Positions 17,427 through 27,790 of a stretch of 64,000 bases of DNA are shown one piece after another; position 1 is the stretch's first letter; every line of letters begins with the position of its first letter. Source of the DNA: a virus; IMG/VR virus record IMGVR_UViG_3300045972_000132, positions 1-64,000 of that record. The stretch is one strand, 5' to 3'. The translations under genes and the position numbers were made by a program. The notes under the pieces are model-generated. The model did no database searches. It had not been told where the DNA came from and saw only the letters and a program-made list of their open reading frames with translations.

Positions 17427-19232
17427 GTGGGATTTATAAATAGTGTTGCCGGTCCTCTGCGTAAAGTTTTTGCCACAGATCGCAACAAACAGAACGCCGA
17501 AATCGCCAAGGGCGCTATTTACGAGCCTAACCATCCAGGTGGGCTTATGGCCGCCTTTGATGGTAACGTTTATTCTGACTATCTAAGAGTAGACACAGAT
17601 CTTCTAGCTAAATACATGGACTATCAAGGCATGGACGACTATGCCGAGCTATCCAGTGCTCTGGATGTGTATGCGGACGATGCCACTCAAATTGACCAGG
17701 AACAGAAGAAAATCCTATGGGTCTCTTCTAAGGATGACAACGCCAAGATCGTTCTAAACGACCTCTATCATAAGACTCTACGAGTAGATGAAGAAGCTTG
17801 GGAAGTTGCTAGAAACTGCTGCAAATATGGGAATGATTTTGAGGAGATCCTAGTAGCGGAGAATGGTGTTGTTGGACTCAACTTCCTACCTACGCAAACC
17901 GTTAGAAGAATAGAAGGCCCCCACGGGGATGTAATTGGCTTCCTACAGGACTTCACTGGAAAGACCGGGTATTCACCTGAGGAATTCAAGAAGCTCCTAT
18001 CAGAGAGAATGCGTAAAAATCGGGGTGAACAAGCCACGATGGACCAATCCCTCGTGGCCTTAGAAGATTGGGAAGTTGCCCACTTTAGATTAAGGGGCAA
18101 GAACCGTTCCTCACCCTATGGTACCAGCGTTCTAGACAGTGCTCGTTTTATCTGGAAGCGCCTTATGCTTCTTGAAGATGCAGCGATGGTATTCAGAATC
18201 CAACGCGCTCCTGAAAGATACGCTTTCTATGTCGATGTTGGTGATATGCCTCCCAAGGAAGCCATCGCCCACTTGAATCAAGTTCGCGCAATGCATAAGA
18301 AACGCAAGATGATCGACCCTAGCACCGGAAAGTTAAATCTTCGCTGGGAAGCTATTTCCCCTGAAGAAGACATCTATATTCCAGTTAGAAAAGGAATTCA
18401 AGGTGCCCGTGTAGAAGTCCTACAAAGCCCAGCTTGGCAACAAACTGACGATCTTGAGTACTTCCTAGACAAGATGTTCGCGGCTGTAAAGGTTCCTAAG
18501 GCATACCTAGGTAAAGAAGGCGGCGTAGCCAAAGCCGTTCTATCAAGTGAAGACGTAAGATTTGCTAGAACCATCCTACGGGTCCAAAACGCCCTTAAGT
18601 CAGGATACAAGCAAGTCGGCAGGGTCCACTTGGCTGCGCTAGGTATCGACCCTAACGAAACCGACTTTGATCTAAACATGACGGTACCCTCCGCAATCTT
18701 TGAACTAGCTCAACTTGAGGTCAAGAATGCAAGGGCTGATTATTCTGCTAGAATGAAAGCAGATGTATCTCAATATTGGATTCTCTCCAAGATTCACGGC
18801 ATGACTGACACGGAGATTGAAAACATCTTCATTCAGAAGAAAGAAGATTTTGATCGTGACTCGGCTATGCAGATGGAACAAATGCAGGCCCAGCAACAAG
18901 CTGCTACGGCAGGAATGCCTCCACAACCCGGTGCTCCCGGTGCTCCTGGGGCACCACAAGCCGCTCCTGCCGCTCCTCCTGGCATAATTAGTGGCCCGCA
19001 GGCTCTCGCAATGGCTAATCAATTAGCCCCAGCCCAAGAATGGCGTCAGAAGAAGTCCCTTAGACTTGGCCGTGGAATTACAGAACAAGAATTATTCAAA
19101 GGTAACAGAGAGCATGAAAAACGGGCCGAAGAATCCTTTGCCAAACTTTTGAAGTCAGATCTACAGATGCAACATCGGCTCACTGAAATGCAGAGCCTCC
19201 TTCATGAATTAAGAACCGCCTCTAGGAGATAA
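17427..19232 (+). CDS. portal protein (T4 gp20-like)
   Basis: PYGTSVL, LLEDAAMVFRIQRAPERYAFYVDVG, EDIYIP, VKVPKAYL. Confidence 0.93.
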   Translation: MGFINSVAGPLRKVFATDRNKQNAEIAKGAIYEPNHPGGLMAAFDGNVYSDYLRVDTDLLAKYMDYQGMDDYAELSSALDVYADDATQIDQEQKKILWVSSKDDNAKIVLNDLYHKTLRVDEEAWEVARNCCKYGNDFEEILVAENGVVGLNFLPTQTVRRIEGPHGDVIGFLQDFTGKTGYSPEEFKKLLSERMRKNRGEQATMDQSLVALEDWEVAHFRLRGKNRSSPYGTSVLDSARFIWKRLMLLEDAAMVFRIQRAPERYAFYVDVGDMPPKEAIAHLNQVRAMHKKRKMIDPSTGKLNLRWEAISPEEDIYIPVRKGIQGARVEVLQSPAWQQTDDLEYFLDKMFAAVKVPKAYLGKEGGVAKAVLSSEDVRFARTILRVQNALKSGYKQVGRVHLAALGIDPNETDFDLNMTVPSAIFELAQLEVKNARADYSARMKADVSQYWILSKIHGMTDTEIENIFIQKKEDFDRDSAMQMEQMQAQQQAATAGMPPQPGAPGAPGAPQAAPAAPPGIISGPQALAMANQLAPAQEWRQKKSLRLGRGITEQELFKGNREHEKRAEESFAKLLKSDLQMQHRLTEMQSLLHELRTASRR

Positions 19233-19236
19233 CAAA

Positions 19237-20127
19237 ATGGATTCAAAACTAATAGCCACCAACTCAATCTCCACTCTAGTGGAAGGTTCGTTCGAAGCGT
19301 TCTCCGAAGTAATTCGCCAGACGCTTATTCAGGAATCCCAGAGACTATTCGGAAACGAAACCGACAAGCTCAAGATTATTGGAACATTTAAAAACCATGT
19401 AATCGTTGTGAACGAGAACGCCAAGTTCGCAAAGGTAATGTTCGAAACTACGGATGATGGGCAAATCATCATAACCGGTCTGGAAGATCTAAAGATTCCA
19501 GTATATGAGGATCGTGAGGTTCTATTAAAAGAACAGGCCCTAGTTGCAGTAGACAGTATCCTAGCTGGAAATATTAGCGAGGGTAGAAGCATTATCAAGG
19601 ATCTAGTACGTCTTTCTCCCGGCGATACCTCATTTGCCAATACCTTAAAGGTTCAAACCAGTATGGGAGGGTTAGACTCCATCAGTGAATCCTTAGATCG
19701 ATCAGTTGAATTAGGGGCTGATGAGTACATGGACACGTATCAGGCCAAATACCAAGATTTACAGATGTCATCCGAGACTTTCGACATTAACTCCATGAAA
19801 CCAGTAATAGAATCCAATCTACTAACGGTAATTGAAAAATTGGACCTTTTAAAGAACAAAACCGATGACTTAGTTGCAAAGTTGGAAAAAGTGTCCGAAA
19901 ATAGCGCAGATTCCTCCAAAAAGGAATTTCTGGAGTTTATGAAAACCTTCGCATCAGACTTAGTTGAATCCAAGACCGCTGTAGTTTACTCAATGAGTAA
20001 TGTCGTTGATGTTAAGGCTCTTGGTCAACTGTACGATTTAGCGTCGGAACGTTTTAAAAAGCAAGAGCACATCTTTAACCAACTATCTGACGCTTCCGAG
20101 GTTTCGGATTCAGCGTTAACCCAATAG
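19237..20127 (+). CDS. putative prohead core protein
   Basis: Position between portal and protease; acidic with several L/I-x-E motifs. Confidence 0.55.
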   Translation: MDSKLIATNSISTLVEGSFEAFSEVIRQTLIQESQRLFGNETDKLKIIGTFKNHVIVVNENAKFAKVMFETTDDGQIIITGLEDLKIPVYEDREVLLKEQALVAVDSILAGNISEGRSIIKDLVRLSPGDTSFANTLKVQTSMGGLDSISESLDRSVELGADEYMDTYQAKYQDLQMSSETFDINSMKPVIESNLLTVIEKLDLLKNKTDDLVAKLEKVSENSADSSKKEFLEFMKTFASDLVESKTAVVYSMSNVVDVKALGQLYDLASERFKKQEHIFNQLSDASEVSDSALTQ

Positions 20128-20137
20128 GAGCTACACA

Positions 20138-21106
20138 ATGGCCCGTAAACCTGTATTTATCACTTCACTGAAGGACGACCTTATCAAGATGGGTCTAATG
20201 GAAGCCGACGCATCCCCTATGGATGTCCAACCTGCCGACGCAGAGCCAGACGAGGAAGATCCAAAAGCTCAGAAGGCATCTGAGGGAGATCCCCATGAAA
20301 ACGCCAAGAAGTCTAAGGCTGAAAAGGAAGGCGAGGAAGGCGAGGAAGGCGATGACGCCCCTAAGGAAGAGTCCAAGAACAGCTTCCGCAAGAAGCTCGG
20401 CAAGAAAGGTTCTGAGAAGCCCATGCACGTTAAGTTCGGCAGGAAGCACGAATCTACTGAGACCGCCGCTGAAAGAATCAATACGATTCTAGAATCAGCC
20501 GATGCGGAGCTAGCCCAGCAGGAACTAACGGTTGCCGACGCAATTCGTGGTTTCGCTCAAATCTCCCTCGTTGCCGATAAGCTCTCTGAGCGTCTAGCCG
20601 AAGTAGCCCTAGAGCTACAGAATGAGAGTCTAGCTGACTTCTCCGCAGCTTATGACCAGCTTGCCGAAGAGGCTGCTGACTCTGCTGAATCTCTAATGAC
20701 CCTCTCAGAAAGCTCTGAGGATCTAGACGAGACCCTGATCGAGTCCGACTTTGCTCAGATGACCGAAGCCCTTGTTGAAGGTCTAGAAGTTTATGCAGAC
20801 CTCGTTGAAGAAGACGAGTCTGATGAAGAGACCAAGGATGACAAGAAGGACGACGAGGAAACTGGCGAAGAAGTAGAAGGTGACAAAGAAGAACCTAAGG
20901 AAGAGTCCGACGCCCGTTCCGAGTGGCTACGCCTCCGCGAATTACGCGGCCAGGATCTAGCCGAGGAAGAAGAGGGTGAAAACAAGGTCCACATCGACAT
21001 CGACTCACACAAGAGCGACGATGAAGAGGATAAAGAAGACGACAAGGACGACGAAATGGGCGACGAAGACAAGGATGATGAAGGGGAGAAAGAAGAGGGA
21101 AAATAG
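20138..21106 (+). CDS. highly acidic prohead core/scaffold protein
   Basis: AGGAG SD; D/E-rich; T4 gp67-like position. Confidence 0.7.
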   Translation: MARKPVFITSLKDDLIKMGLMEADASPMDVQPADAEPDEEDPKAQKASEGDPHENAKKSKAEKEGEEGEEGDDAPKEESKNSFRKKLGKKGSEKPMHVKFGRKHESTETAAERINTILESADAELAQQELTVADAIRGFAQISLVADKLSERLAEVALELQNESLADFSAAYDQLAEEAADSAESLMTLSESSEDLDETLIESDFAQMTEALVEGLEVYADLVEEDESDEETKDDKKDDEETGEEVEGDKEEPKEESDARSEWLRLRELRGQDLAEEEEGENKVHIDIDSHKSDDEEDKEDDKDDEMGDEDKDDEGEKEEGK

Positions 21107-21321
21107 TCCCCCGGAATCACCTCTCGCTTCTAGTAGATCCGGCTACTGGCAAACATTTTACACAAAGAACACGTAGAGGTTCTTACAGCAGTGGAAGAAA
21201 GGAAACAGTCGGAGCGGATCGCGCTTTTCTCCGACCGTTTTCTAACCCTTCCAGAAAAGTTAAGAAAGCGTTATCCTCACTAGGTAGAACACCTAACAAA
21301 TTTAAGAAATGGCGGATATAA
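21097..21321 (+). CDS. -1 frameshift extension of the acidic core protein (72 aa, basic)
   Basis: G GGA AAA immediately before TAG; -1 frame open 21103-21318, TAA ends 2 nt before the protease ATG 21324. Confidence 0.7.
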   Translation, partial: GKIVPRNHLSLLVDPATGKHFTQRTRRGSYSSGRKETVGADRAFLRPFSNPSRKVKKALSSLGRTPNKFKKWRI

Positions 21322-21323
21322 AA

Positions 21324-23078
21324 ATGTCAAAAAAGGTAAATCTAAAACCAATCAATCTGGAAGAGAACACTCTTGCTACCCAGACCACAGCTAGAGATCT
21401 TACCGAAGTTGTTGCGGTTGGTTCCCTAGAGGTAATTACCGAAAGTTCTGTAGACGGGAAGCCTAAGAAGTTTAGGGTTCGCGGCCACTTCGGAAATTGT
21501 GATGAGGCTACTGCCAATAAGCGTGTTTACCCAAAGACACTCTGGGAACGCGAAATTACTCGTCTAACCGCCCCCATGACGGAAAAGACCCTATATGGTG
21601 AGTTAGATCATCCTCAGGACGGTCGCACGATGCTTGCCCGTGTAAGTCACGTTATTACTGGAATGAAGATCGAAAACGGCAAAGTTATTGGCGAGGCTGA
21701 AATCGTCCCCACCACTGCTGGTAAGAATCTTCAGGCCCTTTTGGAGTCTGGCTGCAAAGTCGGTATCTCTTCTAGAGGGTTCGGCAGCACTAAACCCGGC
21801 CCCAAGGGAGAAGATATCGTTCAAGAAGACTACAAGCTCGTTACCTTCGACTTCGTAGCTGATCCTGCTGCTGGTGCCTTCCCTAACGTATTCATCGAGT
21901 CCCTAGGGCACTCGGTAGGCTCCAAGCAATTAACCCTAGACCAGTTAAAAGAAGCTAACCCTACCTTGGTTGCAGAGATTGTAAAACAAGCAGTTGAGTC
22001 TAAGGAAGCTGAAATTCGCAAGACCCTAACCGAGTCAGTGGTAACGGAAGCCTCCGCTGCTGTCCAAAACGCCAAGGACGCCCTCAGAGACGAGTTCGCC
22101 CAAGAGCTATCCATTGTCATTGCTGAGTGCAAGTCTGAATTAAGGGAAGAGGTTAAGCAGGAACTAATGTCGGATCCGGAGATTGGTGCAGCAAAGACCA
22201 CCTTGGAATCCATCAAAATGCTCCTAGCCCCCTATATTCTCCCTCAGGACGTTTCCACCGTTGTGGAGTCCAAGAAGGCTGAAATCGCAGCCCTGACTGA
22301 ATCCGCTGATGAGACTGTAACTGAATATGAAGCCAAGCTAGACGATGCGAATAGCCAGATTCAAGCAATGGCCGAAACTCTCCGCACTGTCGGTTACAAG
22401 TATTATCTAGAAACCCTAATCTCCCAGTATCCAGAAGCCGAGCTAATCCGAAAGATGGTTGGATCTGTCGATGATTACGACTCTTCTGATGAGATTAAGC
22501 TGAAGGTCGAAGCCCTAATGGCAGATCTAGATCAGAAGCAGCAAGATCAAGAGTCCAAGGCGCAAGCTAAGGCTCAGTCAAAGATTGATCAAGAAACTAA
22601 AGCAGCACTTGCTGAAGCTGCCCAAGCCAAGAAAGAACACGCAGAAGTATTCGCCAAGCTTGAAAAGGCTGCGGGTCTTCTAGAAGGCATGTCAGATAAG
22701 GTTTCCGGTCTTGAGAAGCAATTACAGGACGCTGAATCACAGGCCAAAAAGTCCCAAATCAAGTTTTATGCTGAACAGAAGTTGACAAAACACCCAAAGG
22801 CTTCCAAAATCCGTGAAGTCTTAGAAACCGTTGAATTCAATACAGTTTCTGAAGTAGATAAGTTTTTTGAAAAATTCCAAGGGCAAGTTTCAGCAGCACC
22901 CACTGAGACCTTGGAGGAAACCAGAGCAAGAGTTCGTGCAAAGGTCAGTGGTGGTAGGACGGTAACACCGTTGGACGAAGAGACAGTATCTCGGGAGAGA
23001 ACTTCACCTCTAGCCAACTTAATAGGAATCAGTCCTAGCGAGTTTAGGAATTTAGCTAAACTTGATGGGAACAAATAA
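21324..23078 (+). CDS. prohead protease (T4 gp21 family) fused to coiled-coil scaffold
   Basis: NKRVYP, GELDHP, VSH, VGISSRGFG, TFDFVADP; long helical C-terminus; alternative start 21309. Confidence 0.92.
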   Translation: MSKKVNLKPINLEENTLATQTTARDLTEVVAVGSLEVITESSVDGKPKKFRVRGHFGNCDEATANKRVYPKTLWEREITRLTAPMTEKTLYGELDHPQDGRTMLARVSHVITGMKIENGKVIGEAEIVPTTAGKNLQALLESGCKVGISSRGFGSTKPGPKGEDIVQEDYKLVTFDFVADPAAGAFPNVFIESLGHSVGSKQLTLDQLKEANPTLVAEIVKQAVESKEAEIRKTLTESVVTEASAAVQNAKDALRDEFAQELSIVIAECKSELREEVKQELMSDPEIGAAKTTLESIKMLLAPYILPQDVSTVVESKKAEIAALTESADETVTEYEAKLDDANSQIQAMAETLRTVGYKYYLETLISQYPEAELIRKMVGSVDDYDSSDEIKLKVEALMADLDQKQQDQESKAQAKAQSKIDQETKAALAEAAQAKKEHAEVFAKLEKAAGLLEGMSDKVSGLEKQLQDAESQAKKSQIKFYAEQKLTKHPKASKIREVLETVEFNTVSEVDKFFEKFQGQVSAAPTETLEETRARVRAKVSGGRTVTPLDEETVSRERTSPLANLIGISPSEFRNLAKLDGNK

Positions 23079-23111
23079 CCCGGTTAGTAAAATAACCAAA
23101 CGGAGAACACA

Positions 23112-24632
23112 ATGAGCAAGCCTTCCCTTAACGGCATCGATGCCCGTAAGACTCTGATGGACGAGTCTTACCTCGGTGCAATCACCAACAAGTGGTCAGA
23201 GTACCTAGAAGGTATTCCTAGCCGCTCAGACAGCGACCGCTATCTACGCGGCTGCACTGCAATCCTCATGGAGAATCAGTCGGAGTACCTCCAGGGCCTA
23301 GACGAAGACACCCGCCAGAGCAACGTCGGTAGCTTCACTAAGTTCATTTTCCCAATTCTCCGCAGAGTATTCCCCAACTTGATCGCCAACGAAATCGTTA
23401 GCGTTCAACCTATGACTGCTCCTACCGGCGCGGTCTTCTACCTAGATTACGTCTACGGTAGCTCCAAGGGTCAAGTTGTCGGCGGAACCACTACCTTCCC
23501 AGACGGATTCGACAAGGACTACTCAGGCGAATACGTTAACGGCGAGCAGCTAGGTGGCGGCGTAGGCGACGGTGCAAAGTGGGGCGGCGCAGGCGGGGCT
23601 CTAACCGGTACCCTCGGCTGGCTCCCAGTTCGTGACCCCGCAGATGCCTCAGGTCTATTCAGCGTCACGTTCTCCGAACTAGACTCCTCAGGTAACGTTG
23701 TCCAGACTGCCGTTGCAGCTTCTGGCGGCGCAAGCTTCACCTTCACCCCCGCTGGCGGCTCTACCGCAGGTTCTATCGCGCTAACTACTGGCGTTATCAC
23801 CGGCTTCAAGTTCCAGAACGCGGTTGCTCTAAACAACACGGTTCGCGCATACTACTACTACAACGGTGAAGCTTCCTCATCCGGCGTAGCTCAAGTACAG
23901 CTAAACGTCCGTCAGTCACCAGTTCAGGCAGTTCCTCGCCGCCTCAAGGCCCTATGGTCCTCTGAAGCAGCAGAAGATCTACGCGCACTACACGGCGTAG
24001 ACGCTGAGGCTGAAATGGTTGCCATGATCGCCCAGGAAATCGCGCTAGAAATCGACCGCGAAGTCATCCAGGACCTTCTCAAGAACTCCAACGGAACCAC
24101 GGCTCAGTTCGACCGTACTCCTCCCGCCGGTATTCCTGAAATCCAGCACCTCCGTGCAATGGTTACCCAGATTGCAACGGTATCCAACCTCATCCACAAG
24201 AAGACCCTCCGCGCTCCAGCAAACTGGATCGTAACTTCCCCCGAAGTTTCGGCTCTCTTGGCTCAGTTAACCACTCACGGTGACTTCCGCCCAATGTGGT
24301 CTAGCGACACCAGCACCCCATACGGCGCAGCGGACGCTCCTCGTCCCCTACAACGTAACGGCCAGTTCGGCGTTTACAAGTGTGGAACGCTGATGAACAA
24401 GTGGACGATCTACGAGGATCCATACTTCACCCGTAACCAGATGCTAGTCGGCCTAAAGGGCGACGGCTTCCTGAACGCCGGTTATGTATGGGCACCCTAT
24501 GTTCCACTCCAGGTAACTCCTACGTTCCTAGACCCAGCGGATATGACCATGCGTAAGGGTCTCCGTACTCGTTACGCGAAGAAATTACTCCGTTCAGAAT
24601 TCTACGGAAACGTCACCATCAGCAACGTGTAG
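23112..24632 (+). CDS. major capsid protein (T4 gp23-like)
   Basis: RRVFPNLIANEIVSVQPM, RRLKALWS.EAAEDL, EIDRE, APYVPL, GLRTRY. Confidence 0.95.
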   Translation: MSKPSLNGIDARKTLMDESYLGAITNKWSEYLEGIPSRSDSDRYLRGCTAILMENQSEYLQGLDEDTRQSNVGSFTKFIFPILRRVFPNLIANEIVSVQPMTAPTGAVFYLDYVYGSSKGQVVGGTTTFPDGFDKDYSGEYVNGEQLGGGVGDGAKWGGAGGALTGTLGWLPVRDPADASGLFSVTFSELDSSGNVVQTAVAASGGASFTFTPAGGSTAGSIALTTGVITGFKFQNAVALNNTVRAYYYYNGEASSSGVAQVQLNVRQSPVQAVPRRLKALWSSEAAEDLRALHGVDAEAEMVAMIAQEIALEIDREVIQDLLKNSNGTTAQFDRTPPAGIPEIQHLRAMVTQIATVSNLIHKKTLRAPANWIVTSPEVSALLAQLTTHGDFRPMWSSDTSTPYGAADAPRPLQRNGQFGVYKCGTLMNKWTIYEDPYFTRNQMLVGLKGDGFLNAGYVWAPYVPLQVTPTFLDPADMTMRKGLRTRYAKKLLRSEFYGNVTISNV

Positions 24633-24661
24633 TTTAATACCTACATTAACTAGTCCTAACT

Positions 24662-24693
24662 AGGCCACTCTGAAAAGGGTGGCCTTTTTATTT
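24662..24693 (+). terminator. rho-independent terminator after capsid gene
   Basis: AGGCCACTCT-GAAA-AGGGTGGCCT followed by TTTTATTT. Confidence 0.9.
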
Positions 24694-24766
24694 GTGTCAC
24701 TTGCTTTCAACACATTCTATGCTATCCTTAGTTATAAGAGTATGTATAACTAATAAAAGGATATAA

Positions 24767-25810
24767 ATGACAATCAAAGGAACCAAGCACAATAAAAAAA
24801 GAATATATCTATCTGAGGAAGTAAAAAATAGCATGGTAATGCAATACAGGGACGCTATGGATAAAGGAGTAATGCTGACACAGAAAATGCTCGCGGATAA
24901 ATATGGCATAACCCAAGTAGCCTTTAGTCAGATTTTAAAAAAACACGGAGTCAAAGCCAGGAGTCTAATTGAAGCCAACCCTGCGTCTTTTGATGTAGAG
25001 GCCGCCATAAAGTACTACTTCAGCGATCCTAAGATATCCTTATCAGACGTAGGTAAAAAATTTGGAGTCTGTGGGGATGTTATACGTATGAAGTTAGTGA
25101 AGCGAGGTATTCCCACTAAGCAGATGTCTGCTTACGCAAAGTATTCTTTTAACAGAAACTTCTTTAGCACCATTACACCAGAAAGCGCCTATTGGGCTGG
25201 TTTTCTAGCAGCAGATGGCAATATAGATACACCTGGACTTGCAGTTAGGATAGGAATTCATCCCAAGGATATCGAACTATTAAATAATTTTAAACTGTGT
25301 ACAGGGGTGGAGGTCCCGATTCAATCCAAAATAAACAATGGTAACCATCCTTTTGTATCTTTAGTAGTCAGCAGTAAGGATTGGGTGATAGACCTAGAGA
25401 AGAACTTTAATGTCGTCCCAAACAAATCACTGATTCTAAAACCCCCAAATATTACAGATCTAGATCTCAAATGGCACTTTATACGTGGTGTGTTTGACGG
25501 AGACGGTTCAGTAGGTAAATCAGGAACCATGATAAATTTCATATCCGCATCCCCCGCATTCTTCAATTGGATTCTTGAAAATTGCGGAAAGGAACCGGGC
25601 CACATTCAAATTTGTATGAAACAGAAAAAGACAAGTTTCGATTTTTATGAGGCTGCACAGTCTGCATTTTACTCTGGCGACTCCGCAAGAGAAATTTCAT
25701 CTAAGATGTACAAGAACTCCACCCCCACTACTCGACTAGATCGTAAATTTAGACGCTTAATTACTCACCCAGACTCCCCTCTTCGCCAGATGTTTTCAGA
25801 TGAAGTCTAG
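24767..25810 (+). mobile_element. free-standing LAGLIDADG homing endonuclease with N-terminal HTH repeats
   Basis: AYWAGFLAADG and HFIRGVFDGDG motifs; own promoter; AT-richer than flanks. Confidence 0.85.
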
Positions 25811-25865
25811 ATGACTGTTTCCAAGGGTCTATTGACACCAAGGCAATTAAGTAATATCATGTGAC

Positions 25866-27485
25866 ATGACCAACTTCCATGAGTGGATTAAGACAATACC
25901 TAGTGCCTTTGATGAAATTAATTTCATCGACCTACATGACACCGTTAGTGTTGAAAAATATTCAAAACCTCAAGGTAAGCAGTTCTCTAAAATTACCTTG
26001 TATTCCAGTGAATGGGAAAGCAACCCTGAAGTCTGCAAGAGCTTCATCGGGTCCAAGCTAGGTCTTTTTGATACCAAGCTAGGTGCCAGAAAGTGCGAAC
26101 TAAAGACGGTAGATAAATTAACCGGTAGAGCCTTCCTAGATAAAAATCATATTCAGGGCGCTAGCAACCTTGCCCTACAATACTTTGGGCTATTTTTTAA
26201 AGATGAACTTGTGGCCCTAGCCTCCCTCGGCAGGCACACTCGTAATATCGCTAAGAACCGTATAGTTCTAGACCGTCTATGTTTCAAAGGTGGGGTCCAC
26301 ATCACAGGTGGCTTTGGAAAACTACTGAAGGCGTGCATCAAGTGGGCGAGTGATATGAAGTATGATGAGCTAATTACCTTTAGTGACAACCGAGTCTCTA
26401 GCGGGAACGTATATGAGGTCCTTGGCTTCACGCCCGAGGTCCGATATAACCCAGACTATTTTTATGTTGATTCCTCTGGTGCGGCTTATTCCAAGCAAAG
26501 CCAGAAGAAAGACATAACTGATTGTCCTGAGTCCCTTACTGAGTTTGAATGGGCCTCCTATAGGGGACTCAAACGCATCTATGATCTAGGGAAAATACGC
26601 TGGGTCCTGAATATCAACCCCTCCAACCAAACCTGGCAGAACAAGAATTCGGAAAAATGCGCCAAAATGCACCAATCGGGCGTATTCAAGCACTCGCACA
26701 TTAGGGGTTATTTCTATTCAGGAAAGAACAACGCATCCATCTACTATGGCAGTTCTTATGAGCTACGATGTCTATCCCTTCTTGAATGCGATTCCAGAGT
26801 AGCTTCATTTCGTAGGGCGGATGCTTTTAAATCCGACAGTGGTAATTGGAGAAACCCGGACCTACTAGTAACATTCAATGATGGTTGCTCCTCTATATTT
26901 GAAGTAAAACCTGAAGCTCTACTTACAAATCCGGCTGTTATAGATCAGATCTCCGACTCGGAGAAGTACAGCAAAGCGCACGGGTACGGCTTTAAGATAT
27001 GGACCGAAAAGGATAGTGAGCTTCTAGCGGATAAAGATATCATCAAGTGGGCGGTAGATTTCTTAAAGGAAACCAACAACGACACCAAGTGGGCAGAGCA
27101 CAAGAAGCTGGCTAGAATAGCCACGGCAGCTAGATACAATGAAAAACATCCCGACATAGTTCTCGATATATTCTGTTCATTCTGTAATGAGTCTCACAAG
27201 GTCCGAAAGAAGTCATACGACGCTAATATTGCTAAAAACAAAACCTATATATGTGAAAAACACGGCGGACATATCGCGGGAAGTAAACCCAAGCTAGCCC
27301 TTCGGAAGGAAAACCCATTCGCAGTCGAACTAAAGAAGCAGTGCATTACATGTACGTTTGTAAAACCCTTCGAAGACTTTCACAAGGTCTCTCGCTCTAG
27401 GGATGGCCTGGATCGGTACTGTAAGGTGTGTGCTCTAGCTCGGCAAAACGAACGTAGAAAGGCTCGAAAATTGTGCTATACTTAA
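25866..27485 (+). CDS. multidomain endonuclease-like protein (Hef-like/GNAT-fold region + TnsA-like PD-(D/E)xK + zinc fingers)
   Basis: ARKC...FLDKNHIQG...GGFGKLL...FSDNRVSSGNVY; SSYELR...PDLLV...FEVKP...WTEKD; CITC...CKVC; promoter TTGACA-N17-TATCAT. Confidence 0.7.
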   Translation: MTNFHEWIKTIPSAFDEINFIDLHDTVSVEKYSKPQGKQFSKITLYSSEWESNPEVCKSFIGSKLGLFDTKLGARKCELKTVDKLTGRAFLDKNHIQGASNLALQYFGLFFKDELVALASLGRHTRNIAKNRIVLDRLCFKGGVHITGGFGKLLKACIKWASDMKYDELITFSDNRVSSGNVYEVLGFTPEVRYNPDYFYVDSSGAAYSKQSQKKDITDCPESLTEFEWASYRGLKRIYDLGKIRWVLNINPSNQTWQNKNSEKCAKMHQSGVFKHSHIRGYFYSGKNNASIYYGSSYELRCLSLLECDSRVASFRRADAFKSDSGNWRNPDLLVTFNDGCSSIFEVKPEALLTNPAVIDQISDSEKYSKAHGYGFKIWTEKDSELLADKDIIKWAVDFLKETNNDTKWAEHKKLARIATAARYNEKHPDIVLDIFCSFCNESHKVRKKSYDANIAKNKTYICEKHGGHIAGSKPKLALRKENPFAVELKKQCITCTFVKPFEDFHKVSRSRDGLDRYCKVCALARQNERRKARKLCYT

Positions 27486-27520
27486 CCGAAGTATTTAAAT
27501 AACCCAGAAAAGGATAATTT

Positions 27521-27769
27521 ATGAAAAAGGTAGCCTACACTCTGAAGCCCGGTGCAACCCACGCAGTCTTTAAAGGCAAGCAAGTCCTCCCCGGCCAGTT
27601 TCTAGAAGACGATATTCTAAAGTTCAACCCCGCCTTCATGAAAGTTGAATTCGATGTCCAAGAGGCTGTAAATGAGGTTCTCCCCGCCAGCACTAGTACC
27701 TTGCTGACCGAAACCCCCGATAATGCTACTATTACCGAGGAAGGGAACAAGAAAAAGAAGAAGTTCTAA
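27521..27769 (+). CDS. hypothetical protein
   Basis: AGGA SD, 82 aa. Confidence 0.65.
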   Translation: MKKVAYTLKPGATHAVFKGKQVLPGQFLEDDILKFNPAFMKVEFDVQEAVNEVLPASTSTLLTETPDNATITEEGNKKKKKF

Positions 27770-27790
27770 TAGTTCCTCAAGGGGTGCCCG

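Noticed and set aside
20976-21176. ORF-track 66-aa ORF spanning the core-gene stop
   Set aside because: It is in the +1 frame, lacks an SD and stops mid-gap; the -1 frame fits the slippery site and fills the gap
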